Assembly (NCBI GenBank): GCA_017499595.2
Contig: CM039003.1
Location: 3,038,001-3,102,000, forward strand
Length of the DNA stretch: 64,000 bases
From: Psilocybe cubensis
Lineage: Eukaryota
Direction: 5' to 3'
A program made the translations under genes and the position numbers. Positions within the stretch are counted from its first letter, which is position 1; each line of letters opens with the position of its first letter. Shown piece after piece: positions 1-13,942 of the stretch. Below the pieces are notes generated by a model, which saw only the letters and a program-made list of their open reading frames with translations, was not told the origin of the DNA and did no database searches.

Positions 1-1774
1 AATGTTATGTTCTGTGTATGGAGGCAACACTTACCATAACGAGAATCTCGTGGTAAACTTTGGACAGCGCCCGTTGGTCCGGCCGGCACTGAATTAACCC
101 AATCGACTGCAGAAGAACCACAGTTAAGATTAGATTCATATGATCTTTGAGAGTGCAAGTTGGCTTCGACTGGCAGCGAAACAATGAAGAGAGGAAAAAA
201 GTAGAACCGCGGTGTCAATGACGAAATAATTTGATGAAAGATCAAATACTTACATATTCCATGATTAGCGTATCCCGCGACGTAGTTAGAACTTTGCCAA
301 TGTATTCAATTGATGTAGGAGTTTTGGCAAACAAGGCGCCGCAAGCTTGCATTGCGCTCAACAGAAGAGGAGGGACTGTCTCCATTCTCCATGATGGGTG
401 GTGGCAGAGCGGAATCTGGTGATTGAACTCTGAGAAAAAGAGGAAGACTACCATGGATAGATAACAATTAGGAAACGTCCACTGTAATGAAATAATCATG
501 AACAAATAACATACGGTACTGGTTCAACTCCTCGGTGGTCGGATCCGTTTGCGCCGAGGAATGAGCAAAGGGAGAGGGCGTGGTTTGACTTGCTTGTGGA
601 ATTGTGGAGAAAGTATGTCTCAAAAAGGGCGATTTTCCAGATGAGGCAGGATTCAGGTTCGCGGAGTTATTGACAAAGTCCATATTTGTCGGTAGACAAT
701 GCGACTGCGAGTACAGGGACGGGTCGCTATTGCCGTATACGGCACTAGTCCGGTTTGTTTCGAACCAACCTGACAGATCTGTTTCGGTTTGGACTCGAGG
801 GACACACGGGGAATAGCCGTCCTCCACGAACGGGTCGACCGTGTTTGGGAAGTAGTCGTTGTTGTAGTCTGCTTCGAGTTCCAGCGCCTCGAAACTCATA
901 TTGAATGAGTTGGAAAGCTTGCGACCATCGAAGTAGTCCAGTTGCGGAGATGACCGAGAAGAGCAGGCAGATGAAGAACAAGCAGAAGAAGAACAATCAG
1001 AAGTCTGGAGACCAAATGAAGATCCCGGTAGTAATTGGCCTGTAGGAGGCGGAGAAACAAGATACGAAAGGTTATCTTGTTGGCCATGTGAGCCAAAGGA
1101 AAACGTCGAGGATGGACTGGATGGTCCCAGAGAGTCCAAGCTTGTCGTTGATTCCGAGAAGTCGCCTTCACTGGATACCACGGATGGGGCGGGTTTGCCC
1201 GCCTTTTTGGCGATTTTTCTATTGCGGGATGCCTCGGGATCGTTGATGAATACGCATTCCCTGCCTCGCGACGAGCATTTGGAACAAGGTTGCTGGAGAT
1301 TGCATTTAACTTTGGACTCTGCGCATGCCTTTTGGTCCTCGTGAGTTATCCTTCTGATGAATCAAAATGCGCAAGCGGGCATACCTGACACGACTTTCTT
1401 CTGGATCGATTCACATTTCTGCTTCACGATAGCATGGTTAGCCAAAGCTCTCGATGAAGATACACTGAACACATACGAGTCCCCACAGGTTCGCTTATGT
1501 CGCGTTAATAAATCGCTACGAGTAAACTCGGCATTGCATATCTGTTAATTGACGTCAAAACGGAGAAGTGGGGGTGGGTCTCCTGAGAGAATTCTTACAT
1601 TGCACCGATGTGCACGTTCGTTGGTGTCTATTAGACATTGCTCATGAGGTGCAAGATAGAAGAACTTTTGATAGTGAAAAGCATACGTGAACGAAGGTGT
1701 CTATTAAGATGCGTTGTTCGCGTGAATTTGGCAGGGCACAACGCGCAATATTTGGTTTGCGGTAGTGAAGGCAT
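1..1774 (-). CDS. Fungal transcription factor with two C2H2/C2HC zinc fingers, a Zn(II)2Cys6 cluster and a fungal TF middle region; 3' end runs off the window
   Basis: ATG at 1774. Spliced exons give CALCPAKFTRTTHLNRHLRS, CNICNAEFTRSDLLTRHKRTC and CQACAESKVKCNLQQPCSKCSSRGREC (C-x2-C-x6-C-x5-C-x2-C-x6-C). A Ser-rich linker (ORF 468-1181) is followed by the FSEFNHQIPLCHHPSW...AMQACGALF middle-homology-like region. Confidence 0.9.
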
Positions 1775-4165
1775 GTTACCTAATGACGAGTGCCACTTTG
1801 AAGAATAGACCATGCTGATAATAACATTTACGGACCTTTATGACTTCGCATTCTACTGACTTCGCCATTCGCTTTCAAGTCGATACTGTTTTTAATCGTA
1901 GTTTCGGTCAAGGGCAAGTGTGGCATGATGGTTGGAGGTTGTTGAGTAGGGGCAAAACGTTCCTTGTTATATAAGCCCTCTAGGTCACATATTAGTATTT
2001 TCTGTTAGCCCTGAGCTTCGCAAGCACCATTTACGGCGCAACCATCATAATCTCTGTCCCTTAAGCGAGGCATTCCATGGACATAATAACATCTTTACAC
2101 AGATCTCTCTCCAACAAACCATATCCCCGGTCCAACGAGATTCCCACAAAATTTCTAAACCAGCCTGTTCTTGACCGAGTTAAAAATATAAAGAGGCACA
2201 GAAACGGACATATTTGGCACTGCCCGGATGAATCGTGCGATCATATCTGCCGTCGGGTAGACTTGGGGTCGATACTGCAAGGGAGAGACTGTGTCTATGT
2301 TTGCATGTCAATATCATTCTGATCAATGCCCCTTGGTATATTTGCAACTTCGCGCCGTGACGCGGTATAGCACGGTAGATACCGTCGGTCTGAATCGCCC
2401 AGGAGGAATGACGCAGCCTCCGAATTCCGCATATCCCAATACGACAGTCATCTCTCCAAGTTAAAGCTTTAGAAGCCGAAGACACATAACTTACCAGTGA
2501 ATGGGAACAGGTGCAAAAAACACTCGAGCCAGCCAAGCGGATAAAAGTGACGAACTCAGATGCACTGCAACGGGCACAATGCACGCTGCATAATCGCTTG
2601 TGCTTCAGTTGAAATCTAGTAAGCTGTTGGCAAATCCGGTTCCAGGAAACCTGACGGATAAGGTGACAAATCAAAAATGACCATTATAAATGTCAAAACA
2701 GAGACTCGACAAGCGCACTCCCGATTGGTAAGACACCGGATGTGTAGGCGCCTGCTAGAACAAAGCGAGGGTTTGGAGAAAACAGTTTCATGGCATTGAA
2801 TCTACCTAATTTTTCTCAGCACAATAAACACAGATCAGTCATCGACAGCCTGTCTGCTTGAACTTGAGGATGAATCGGCTGGTGATTGGACAAGATCGTA
2901 AATGTGCGGTTGTATATATTCATACCCGCGATGGTTTACTAGCCGAAAAGGTGCACCTTAGGTTTATAGATTAATTTTGATACAGAGACACCAATAGCAA
3001 TGTCATGCACTTGAGTGTTACTTGAGTATTAAAAGCTATTGGTATTCGGTCGAACTAACGTCTTATCAGAAGCGGATTCATTCTCAATGATGATTATATA
3101 GTAAAGCACTTATCTCAAGCTTGATATCTTCAGGAATATAGACTCGGGTCTATGCAGGGCAAATATCGAGATCACCACATTGTGAAGCGGTTGGTAAATT
3201 GAACACGACGTAGAAAGATCATTCAAGTCGATGAATTGATATGATGATAGGGTTTACAATAATGGCGTTTCCGAGGAGGACCAACGCAGTTAGAATCTAA
3301 TCGAAATAGCATGTTTTCGGGGTTATGAACTTAACATCGGATAGTCCCACCGCTTGGGGGATCGCAACGGTCAAGCACTGGCAGTGACTGTGATCACTGA
3401 TGGAGTTGAAGAAACCCGTTGTGGGCGGGGTGATCACCTGATTTAAAAGCAAACACGTCCAAAGCCGTTGCCAATCTTCAGCAAATATGCGTCATCAACC
3501 CAAGCTCAGGGACGTTTCAGGGTCGCATTGCATCTCTGAATTTGACTTCGACCATCTTTGACATCTTCCTCGCAGGAGGCCAAGACGCAGCGCTTGCTTC
3601 ACTGGTTTTATAGTGGGTGTGGATGAAAGCATAAGTCTGTTTTTCTATCGCTACAATGTTTTCATATTCTCATCTCATCTTTAGAAAATTCACGTCTCCT
3701 GATTGATCATCACGATATCCGGCCTTGCATTCAGAACTTTTGAAGATACTCCTGATTACTTGTAGCTCCGTCAAATTTTATAGAAAATATTGAGGTGGGT
3801 AACTTACTATCGTGGACCTTTTTGGTTCAACTCTTTTTTGGTAGCAAAATATCTTAAATGATATAGCAGCACCATTAATTCGACTGACAACCTTTGTTAG
3901 TGTCAACCCCTAAGGCAAACGTACGATAAGGTATGCATCCTCCTCAGAAATCTTCTTGGATATGCGCAGGACGGATCATACACGAACGTTGAGTGTCTCA
4001 TCCACGTGCTAGTGCCACGCGTACACCTTGTTCTCTATATATGCTTGTTCGACTTTCAGTTTCTTGCCCAAGCTTCCAGAAGCCCTGTCTTTGCCTTCTC
4101 GTCGATTTCATTTGATTATGGTGCTACTCTCTTATATAAAGGCGCTCTGGAATTTCTAGGCAGGT

Positions 4166-7100
4166 ATGGCATCCAAATGCTCTAATCCCATCTTCTTGCC
4201 CGCTTTCGGGGGTCAAGGAACGTTGTATCAGGATTTGTTTGGTTACAAGACCGACCTGACCTCGCTCTCGTCCTTCGGAATAACACTGCTTTCTGCCTGC
4301 CATGCTGCCTTTCTGTCCGACCTTGCAGCGCTGGAGGTTCAAGAACTTGCTACTGTGGGTATATGCGCATCCGAATTTACGGAAAGGGAATCGCTTTTAC
4401 GCCCTCGTAATAATCTGTTATTCAACAACCCAGCATTCTGCGGTCCCCATTTATTGCTCAGTCAGACCCTCTTATACCTTTCATTTTCTGAACGTCATGC
4501 CGCGGCTTCGAGACCGATCCCATTTTTGGATATTCTAGGGTCTAACTCTCATTATGGCGTTGGAATTCTTGGGTTTTCATCTGGTATTATTGCTGCTTGC
4601 GTGGTTGCGTCGTCCTCGAACATTCTTCAATTCATAACCCACGCTGTCGACGCCTATCGTTTTGCATTTTGGATAGGAGTTCGATCCCAGCTTTACCGCT
4701 CAAGCCTTGTCGAAATAAGCGACGTTGCTCCGCATCCTTGGGCAATCGTATTAATGGGAACTAGCCGGGAGTGTCTACTAAGGTCTATCGAACATTTTAA
4801 TAAGGTATTTCATTCACAGGCAACAACAAAATTACTTGACGTTGAGCAGAAACTGTTCAAAGGATAGTGATATGGATCGCATTTTCTTAACAGCTGTACT
4901 GGACGATGGTCGTTATACTGTTTCAGGGCACCCTCGAGATCTCAATCTGTTTGTCCAAACGTTACCCAATGGCGTCGCTTCTCATGTTACCGCAATCAAC
5001 ACCCTTTATCATTGCCCTTCACTTCTCCGAGGCGTTCGTGATGCCGTTCTCCATGACGTTATGTCGAAGCAGATTAAATTTCCTACCTTCTTGGATTTGC
5101 TGGCGCCTATACGCTCTTCATTTTCTGGGGAACGTTTGTCCAACACCACGCCTGGATCTTTGGTCGAAACGGTAACTGATTTGATTTTAATGAAGCCTGT
5201 TCTTTGGGACGCAGTTCTTCATCAAACTGTGTCAGCTTTGCCGCCGGATAATCGTGTCGTTCTAATCGATATAGAACTGGGGCCAAGTCTTGTCCGAGGC
5301 TTTCAACTCACAGCTTGCCGTAATGGCATCCAGGACTTCCATACGGTATATCCGAAAGAAGAAGCTATGCCGACATGCGAACATAAGCAAGACCTAGTAG
5401 CTATAATTGGTATGGCTGTTAATATGCCGGGTGCCCCGTCAACAAGAGAACTTTGGGAAATTATAAAGGATGGCCACAACACTGTGGAAAAGGTTAGTGA
5501 TCATCTTATCTTTATTCTATTATGTATCCTGATAGATCTGTCTAATTACGCATACGCGCATAAGATTCCTCCAAATAGATTCTTATTTGAAGAAGGAGGC
5601 CGTACAATGCGGGCGAGAACGGGTAACTTCATCCATGATGTCGATCACTTCGATAATAGGTTTGTGACTTGAGATTTATTGCACGATTCATTGTAATTTT
5701 TTTTTGCTGGCGCAAGGTTTTTCAATATCAGTCCACGAGAGGCAAAAAGTATGGATCCACAACAAAGAATTTTGCTACACGCTGCATATGAAGCACTGGA
5801 AAATGCTGGCTATGTTCCATATGGTAGTCCAACTTTTAATCCAGCTACGATCGGTTGTTACGTTGGCGCTGCTACGCATGATTATGCCTTAAATTTAAGA
5901 AATAACATCGATGTTTACTACGCTACTGGTAAGTTCGATCAATGTTGTACTTCTTCAATTCATCTAACCAGTTATAAGGAACCTTGAACGCTTTCATCAG
6001 TGGACGCGTATCATATTGTCTTGGATTGAGCGGCCCCTCCATTGTTTTCGACACAGCATGTTCTTCTTCCTTTGTTGCGATCCACCAGGCGTGTCGTGCT
6101 CTCATGAATAGGGACTGTCATGTTGCTCTAGCTGGTGGTGTCAATGTCATCTCCAGCCCTGACGTATGTTCTCCGAGTAACCTAATACTGATCATGCGTT
6201 AACCTTGAACCTGATATTTATTTTGGTTATAGATGTTCATCGGTCTGGACCGAGGTCATTTTCTCAATTCGTCCGGGCAATGTAAGCCTTTTGATGCATC
6301 TGCAGACGGGTACTCTCGTGGAGAGGGATGCGGGATATTTGTCCTCAAACGCCTTACTGATGCGGTCCGCGAAAACGATCAAATCTTGGGAGTGATTAGG
6401 GGTGTCGAAGTCAACCAAAGTGGCAAAGGTTCATCCATTACCCATCCGCATTCTCCAACACAAGAGGAACTCCTCAAAAGACTTCTCATGAAATCGGATG
6501 TCGACTTTAATTCCGTCAACGTCGTTGAAGTTCATGGGACTGGCACTCAGGCAGGAGATACGGCTGAGATGGAAAGTATTCGGCGTCTTTTGCTAGCCGA
6601 TAATCGCGCGCCCGACAATCCCCTTTATATCACCTCAATCAAATCCAACATTGGCCATCTGGAGGCAGCGTCGGGATGTGCCAGTTTAGCGAAGATTTTG
6701 CTGATGCTCAGACATGAGATGATACCGCGACAAATTCCCTTATCAGCTTTGAACCCCCAAATCACACGTCTATTTTCCGATAAATGTATTCTCCCTACCC
6801 GAAACGTTCCTTGGATGCCGCCCAAACGCAAAACGCCGCGGATGGCAATTGTCAATAATTTCGGGGCAGCTGGATCAAACACGGCTCTTTTACTCCAGGA
6901 ATATGTCCCCCAAGAGTCAACAAGACCTGACGCAAGGGTATCCTCATACGTCTTTGGAATATCGGCAAAGGACGAGGATGCATTGGAGGCATTGCGCTCA
7001 AAATATCTATCGTGGTTACAGCGCCCAAGTACCCACGATATTTCGATTTTGGACATCGCATATACGTCAACGGCGCGAAGGCAACTTTTCTCGTATCGCC

Positions 7101-10100
7101 TGGCCACCTCTGCGGGCAGTATTGAACAACTTGTACAGAAGTTGGAAAAGGAATTGATCGTGCATGTGCCTTGTAACGAAGTCGGTCCTGAGGTCGTCTT
7201 CGTGTTTTCCGGTCAAGGTCACAAATCTAACGAGATGGCGCGTTCCTTATATAAAACATCAGCAGTTTTTAGACGCCATATCGATGAGTGCAATTCAGTT
7301 CTAATATCAAACGGATTTGCCCCAATCGTTCCCGTAATAGTTGGAAGTGGTGACGATCAGCATTTGGTGCCGGCGGTACAAAGAGAGGAAGTGATCCCAA
7401 CAGCAACATTTGCATTGCAATATGCCCTTTCGAAACTTTGGATTACGTGGGGCATCATGCCCGTCGCGGCCGTGGGCCATAGGTCCGTATTCCGACATAA
7501 TATCAATAGACTTGAGACTAAGGTGGCTAAACGTAGTCTGGGAGAGTATGCCGCTCTCGTAACGGCTGGCGTTTTGCGACTTGAAGATGCTATTATAATC
7601 GTTGCTACGAGGGCGCGTCTGGTGCTAGAACGATGCCCGCCGATGGCGACTGGAATGGTTGCCATTTCACTTGAACCTACCAAGCTACAGCACATTCTAG
7701 ACTCAAGCCAAAGCTTCGCAAACACATCGATTGCGTGCTATAACTCACCTGGAGACTGCGTAGTCTCTGGTCCTCTCCACGAACTTGAGGGCCTTATATC
7801 ATATTTACAAAAAGAAGGTTCTGGAAGGTTTACTCGACTAGATGTTCCCTATGGTCATCATTCTCCTTTGATGTCGCATCTGACAGGTGATCTTGTCGAA
7901 CTTGCAGGGAAGGCTATGATTTTTCCGCCACGCATTCCTTTCCTTTCCACTGTTCTAGGGCGTGTAATCATTCCAGGAGACCGGACATTCCTTTCTCAGG
8001 ACTATTTTGCTCGTCAATGCGTCGAACCTGTCAAATTTACGGAGGCGATTGGGTCTTACTTATCCAACTACTCAGGGAAGCGCATTTGGCTAGAAATCAG
8101 CCCGCATCCCATTATCTTGCCCATGCTGAGATCCTTTCCAGTCTTATCCGATTCTCCACTTTTAGCTTCGCTGCGCGCATGCGAAGATTCTTGGACATCC
8201 TTATCTAAAAGCCTTACCTCCTTTTACTGTCTTGGGGGGGAAACCGTACGTTGGCGAAGCGTTTTCGGCGAGATAGGACCTGCTAAATGCATTGGCCTAC
8301 CTTCTTACCCATTCAATAAGACTAGTTTCTGGGTTCCATACGTCGGCGGAATAGACCAGGATGGAAAAACGGCGCGAGGCGCACATTCCTCATTGATCAA
8401 AGAGTGTGTTCAGTTCCCAGGCGGTGGCAACAATAAAGAGGCTATTTTTCGAACTCCAATTAGTCAATTCAAACACTTCATCAAAAGTCATCTTGTGGGG
8501 GGAGTTCCTCTTTGTCCGGCATCAGTCTATCTTAAGATGATATCTGGAGCAATCAACCTAACTGCCGGCTACGCACTTCAGCATGTGGAAGACACTGAAA
8601 CTGTTATGTGTCAGCTCAGCTTCCCAAATCCTCTCATTTCGAACGACACATATTCCGACGAGGCTTCGATAGCGATTACTATAGACCTCTCAAACAAGTC
8701 CTTGTCTCTGGGGTCACGGGCAGCACTGGTAGAACCGCCTGTTACTCACGCGTCTGGAAAATATTACACTCAACCAATTATGGAAATAACTCGCCAGTTT
8801 GCTCAGATTTTTCCTTCGATTGTCGAGCGTGTACACACGATCGTAAGACTTGCCCGCCACCGAGGTTTGGAAACTTTTTCAGCTCGAACAATATATCGAG
8901 TTATATTCCCACGTGTGGTGGAATATTCACCAAATTTTCATACCATTCAGTCCCTTACAATGTTAGATGGTGGCATGGAGGCAGCTGGATCGATGGCCTT
9001 ACCGTCCGCTGAATACAATGCAGTTACCTCTCATATCGTCTTTCTGGATACTTTGATTCACGCGGCTGGCTTTCTATGCAATCTTCGATCTGGACAAAAC
9101 GATGCCTATGTCTGTGTTGGTATTGGTTCTCTGGAAGTTCTCTCTAATGCTATTCGAGAAGGAGTACCTTATACGGTCTACTGCAGAATCACGCCCTTCG
9201 AAACTGAAGAACTGGACGTGATGATAGGAGAGACCTGTATAATATCAGCTCCTCACTCTACTTTCCTGATCGCCCATTGCAAAGCCATCAAATTCCAACG
9301 CGTACGTATCAGCAGTTTAAAACGCAATCTCGGAAGCAAGCAGCGTGTTTCTGCTCTACCTTTAGACCATCATGGGTGCCCTTCCTTTTCTTCTGGCATC
9401 GTGGAGGTCGTTATAAACATGGTGTCTAAAGCATGTGACGTCCTGCCAGGAGATATATCTGTTAGCGCCGACCTCAAAAGCCTTGGTGTCGACTCTTTAA
9501 TGAGAATAGAGCTATCCTATAGTCTTTCGACAATGTTTCCAGGATATGGATTTAGACCTCAGGAGCTTTCATTATGCAAGACAGTTGCTGACGTTGTTGA
9601 ATCAGTGATATCAGCGCTTACGACCAAGGTTAACTTGGACGGCCTTGGGGAGAGGTCTTCAAACGTCTCGTCAAGTGGTCCTTCAACACCACGATCTATT
9701 GTGAGCTCAGATATTACGGGTCCCTCGGTGAAAAAGATCATAGCTCGTGCATTAGAAATCCATGAAGACAATATAAAGGATTACACCAAACTTTCCAGCT
9801 TAGGACTCGACTCTCTTACTTCCATTGAAATTGCCAATTCTCTCCGTCAGGAATGGAAAGTAAATGTTCCTGCAAATTTGTTCAACTCCTGTGACACGAT
9901 TTTGGATATCAAAACCCAGATTCCAGAACTTCAGCAATCAGTACCTTCAACATTAGTATGTCGATTTCCGCTCACCATTGAACGCCGTAATAACGATAGC
10001 TTGACATCACAGACATATTTTTCATTGTTGCAAACAGGGAACCCGGAGCATGTACCCTTAGTCTTAGTGCACGATGGAACTGGCTTGACAGGGCCTTATA

Positions 10101-10864
10101 CTCGACTTTCGAATTTAGGTCGTCCAGTATGGACGATTTCCAACCCATCCGGGCTGTCATCTCATATTTGGAGCTCTTTAGAGGAGATGGCTGAGTCATA
10201 TTCACGAACTGTGCTTCATAAAATACACGGTCCTGTAATCCTAGGAGGTATGTGACGGAGTTACAGCTATTTGATGTTAGATGACCTATCTGCAGGATGG
10301 TCATTTGGTGGAGTGGTTGCTTTCGAGATGGCGAGACAGATTCGAGAAAAATCTTTAGATGTTCTCGGTCTAGTCCTCATAGACTCCCCTTCACCTCTCG
10401 TCAGCGCGCAGCTCTCATCAGGCCTCATCGACAAAATAGTGAAACACTTGGAACCCAATGCGCAAGATTTTTGCAAATCGCAGCTGATGACAAATTCAGA
10501 ATTACTGAGAAAATACTCGCCATGGGATTTCACGCATAAGTATCCGTTGGTTTTCCTGATGTCAGAACAACCATACCCCACGTTTGACGATTTCGACATT
10601 CCAGCATGGCTGTCCGACCGTAGCAGTAAATCATCCGCAACCTTTGGATGGGAAATATTGTCCGAAGGACCCATTGAGACTTTCAGTATCCCTGGACATC
10701 ACTTTCAAGCGTTTGATCCGCAAAACGTCAGCATATCATCTTTCCTTTCTTCCCAGAGCCGCTGATAAACTCTTCTGGCACAGGTAAAGGCAGTATCGGA
10801 GTGCATTTCCAGAGCATGCGAAAACCTTGTGAAAAAATCGTTTTCGGTCATTAAACATGAGTAA
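4166..10864 (+). CDS. Non-reducing iterative type I polyketide synthase, SAT-KS-AT-PT-ACP-ACP-TE
   Basis: SAT: FGGQG and GFSSG. KS: DPQQR, DTACSSS, HGTGT, NIGH. AT: GQG, GHSLG after splicing, [19 protein letters not shown] and LDTLIH. Two ACPs: LGVDSL and LGLDSL. TE: HDGTG, GWSFGG, GHHF. Last exon 10784-10864 ends in TAA. Confidence 0.95.
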
Positions 10865-10962
10865 AAGTACGTCAAAGTCATAAGTTATGAGTAAAGCAAT
10901 GGTCAAGATCAAATATACTACTGCAAATCGTGGGTCATTTCGTAAATCATCATCCAAATTTC

Positions 10963-13463
10963 TTAATCCACCCATATGGGTTCAAAATTGAACAGAGGTC
11001 TTGGTTTATATTTCTTGCCTTTCTTCCGCCTTTTTTCGTCCTCGAATTCGGCCTCCATTCTTATCTTGACACTTCTATGGACCTTGAAACCATGTTTTTG
11101 TTTCGGGATGAATCGCGGGCGTGCCATATTAGATCTGGACGTCGTCTTTAGCAAATAACAAGGAGACATAAGAGCATGAACCGACGAACCCGAAATATGT
11201 CACCCATTGGTTGTCGCCTCTTTGATATCGTAGCGTTAATGGTATAATCTCCAGTGCCCACCAAGCTTTCTTAATCTTTAGTTGATCGTATGCGGGCGAT
11301 AGGATATCATGAAGTTCCTCTTCCTCCTCCGATCCCAGGAATGGCTTGCGAGGCTGCTTTAGGAGTGCCGTAATCTCGGCATGAGACAACTTGTTACCCA
11401 GCAAAGAGGAGGCAGGAGGACGTATAGGAAGATCACTTTTTGGACGGCTTTTAATGGTGTGCTGTTGGCCAATGGGCAGGGGAGGAGGTCTGGGAACGAT
11501 GTACGGATAGAGTGTGGATGGATCCAAACCAATATCATACAGGGCGGCGGAATTGAACATGATCCCAGTGTTGGCTTTGAAGCACTCGCGGACCATCCAT
11601 CGCAATGGAATTCTAGCCAAAGAATGTCGTGTCCTGTTGCTGACAGAACCGCCACCGACGTCTAGAGAAATTTGCCTGAGATTCCGAGTTGCGTTAAAAC
11701 ATTAAATATAGCTGGTATACTTACCACAGTGACAACCCTACATGGATGAGAAAAATTGATGCTTAAGTACAACTGACCACCCGGCTGGATAAAAGAGTAT
11801 AATGAAAACTCACCGCGAACCAGACTTCCTCCACATCTGTTGTCTTCTCATGCTTCTCTGAGTATATTCTCTCCAAGGTAGTAAGTACACGATCATCCTC
11901 GTCCTCTTTCTTCACACTCGTCTTCAGCAATGTGATCTTCTCGCTTAAGATACCGCTTTTAGATAGCGCTGGATCGTCGACACTGTCTTGTTTATCTGGC
12001 GGTGTAGTTTTAATGACGGGCGGGGGTCGTAGAGGCTCGGAATCTACGCCGGAGCTGAAAGTTGCAGTGTCAGACTCGAGACTCGCCTTCACCTTTGTCG
12101 TAGTCGTCGTCGTCGCAGTGGTATTTGACGTCGTAGAGTTCCTGCAGTGTGCATTATTTTGCACTTTGCTGGACGGTGTACGGTTCCATAGGTTGGCCTT
12201 GAATTTTGCCCGCCGCTCGTCTAGCGACACAGCATGCCGGAAGGTGCGAACAATTGTATTGGATGTCGTGAATGGCAATCGCTTGGGGATAAGACCAACA
12301 GAATCTACTGTATCCCTATTTGCAAAAGAAGAGGTTCAAACTCCTATTAGGCCATTCATTTGTATCAAAATACCATAGAGAAACCGACTTACCAGACCCC
12401 AATAAACTCGATGGACACATCAACAGAGAAAGCCTTTTTGAATTCTGTGGATTGTTGCCAGCCTTCATCGTCCGCTCTGGTATACATCTTGTATGCGAAT
12501 GGTACTTGTTGGAAATTTCCAGAGGGCAACAAACCAACTTTGTGGAGCATGCCTGCGAGACTGGAGGGATTGGATACATCAGGTTAAAGCAATTGATAAA
12601 GCAAGGAATCTCACCTTCGAGCTGTGTATGCCCCACGAGAAAATCCTGATTTACAATGTCAGAACGTACCACATCATGCAATGGCAAATGTAATTCAGTA
12701 CCGAATATACAGATTTTGTCTCCTGCCACATCTGGTGTGCAAATTAGTATCTCTCAAGCACTCTGTTTAAATAAATTCATACAGTTTTCCATGAGAAATT
12801 CATAACCGCCTATAAATGTGCTTGGATCAGCAAGTGGCTTTGAAAACCCAAACCTGGAATCATGATGCACGTACTCATGACATGTGAATCTAAGTTCAAT
12901 GCCAAAGCTCCGTCGAGGGCCTTTTGAAAGTGAGAAAAATTTAGGGATTTCAACAATGAACGACTTTACCTTCCTCAGCTGGGACAAGATTGGTGATGCT
13001 ATGTAAGGAGCAGTGTTATATGTCCCAATTCCTGTCTAAATTTCGTCCGCTCAGCGCTAGAAATGTTTAGAACGCAAAGGAAGACTGTGCTCACTTGATA
13101 ATACACCAATTGTTTCGTTTTATCATCCTTCTTTAGCAGAGAGACAAGTTTCACTATGTTCGAATTATCGTTGTCGAATTGATCACCAGTCCCATCGAAG
13201 CAAAGAATCAGAGTGCGGCTCGAGTGTTCCGGGGGGATCACATCCGGAATACGCTGGGGGCCTATCGTTCCTTCTCGTCGTACTGGTACGCGTTTCTCTT
13301 CGTGCAGTTGTGTGGGACTTGATCCTCTCGGTGGATGGGGGGATAGGTGGCTGTTATCATCCTCAAGAAACTGCCTGTAATCCGTCGGCGATGTCTCTGC
13401 CACTACCACAGTATCTGTAAGCGAAACACCCGTGGGCTCTTGTATGTGTTGATCCTGGGGCAT
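10963..13463 (-). CDS. DUF2235 (Tle1-like alpha/beta-hydrolase) protein, copy 1
   Basis: Motifs across exons: LILCFDGTG, FGFSRGAYTAR, GVWDTV, RHAVSLDERR, EVWFAGCHCDVGGG, LARIPLRWM. Confidence 0.9.
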
Positions 13464-13942
13464 GTTGGTTATGCTGGTATTAAGGAGGGTATATATTCCT
13501 GGGGGATTAAAAGAGGACCGCCGTCCCAGTTTCCAACTGTTTTTAAGCGCTGTGCGTGCCTCGGAATAGCATTATTATAGCATCTGACACGGAAATAATG
13601 GAGCCTGGGCGGAGGCGGGTGGGGTGCCAACTTACACTAACCCTTCTTGTCCAGCTACAGACCGATATGTCAGGGAATTGTAGCCTTTTGAGGGAGTGCC
13701 GATTACAAGTAAGAGGGCCCATTGGTTTCAGCCTGTCAAAATCTGATGCCAGGTGATCCCAAGTCTCCGAGAGGACTGATACCGAAGTGCAACGTCTTGG
13801 CACCGATGTGCATTTGTTGGAACAAAAGGAGCAAAATACGCTGATGCGCTCAGATGCGCTGTGTATAGATCCTGCCGTGTCGTGTATAGATGATGCCGGC
13901 TGGGCGCAGTGTTACTGTACGTTCAGGTTCATGGTTCTACTA

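Noticed and set aside
1775-4165. ORFs of 81 and 164 aa in the TF-PKS intergenic region, and a search for repeated CGG-type binding sites
   Set aside because: No recognisable protein motifs and no convincing repeated site by eye. Treated as promoter DNA.
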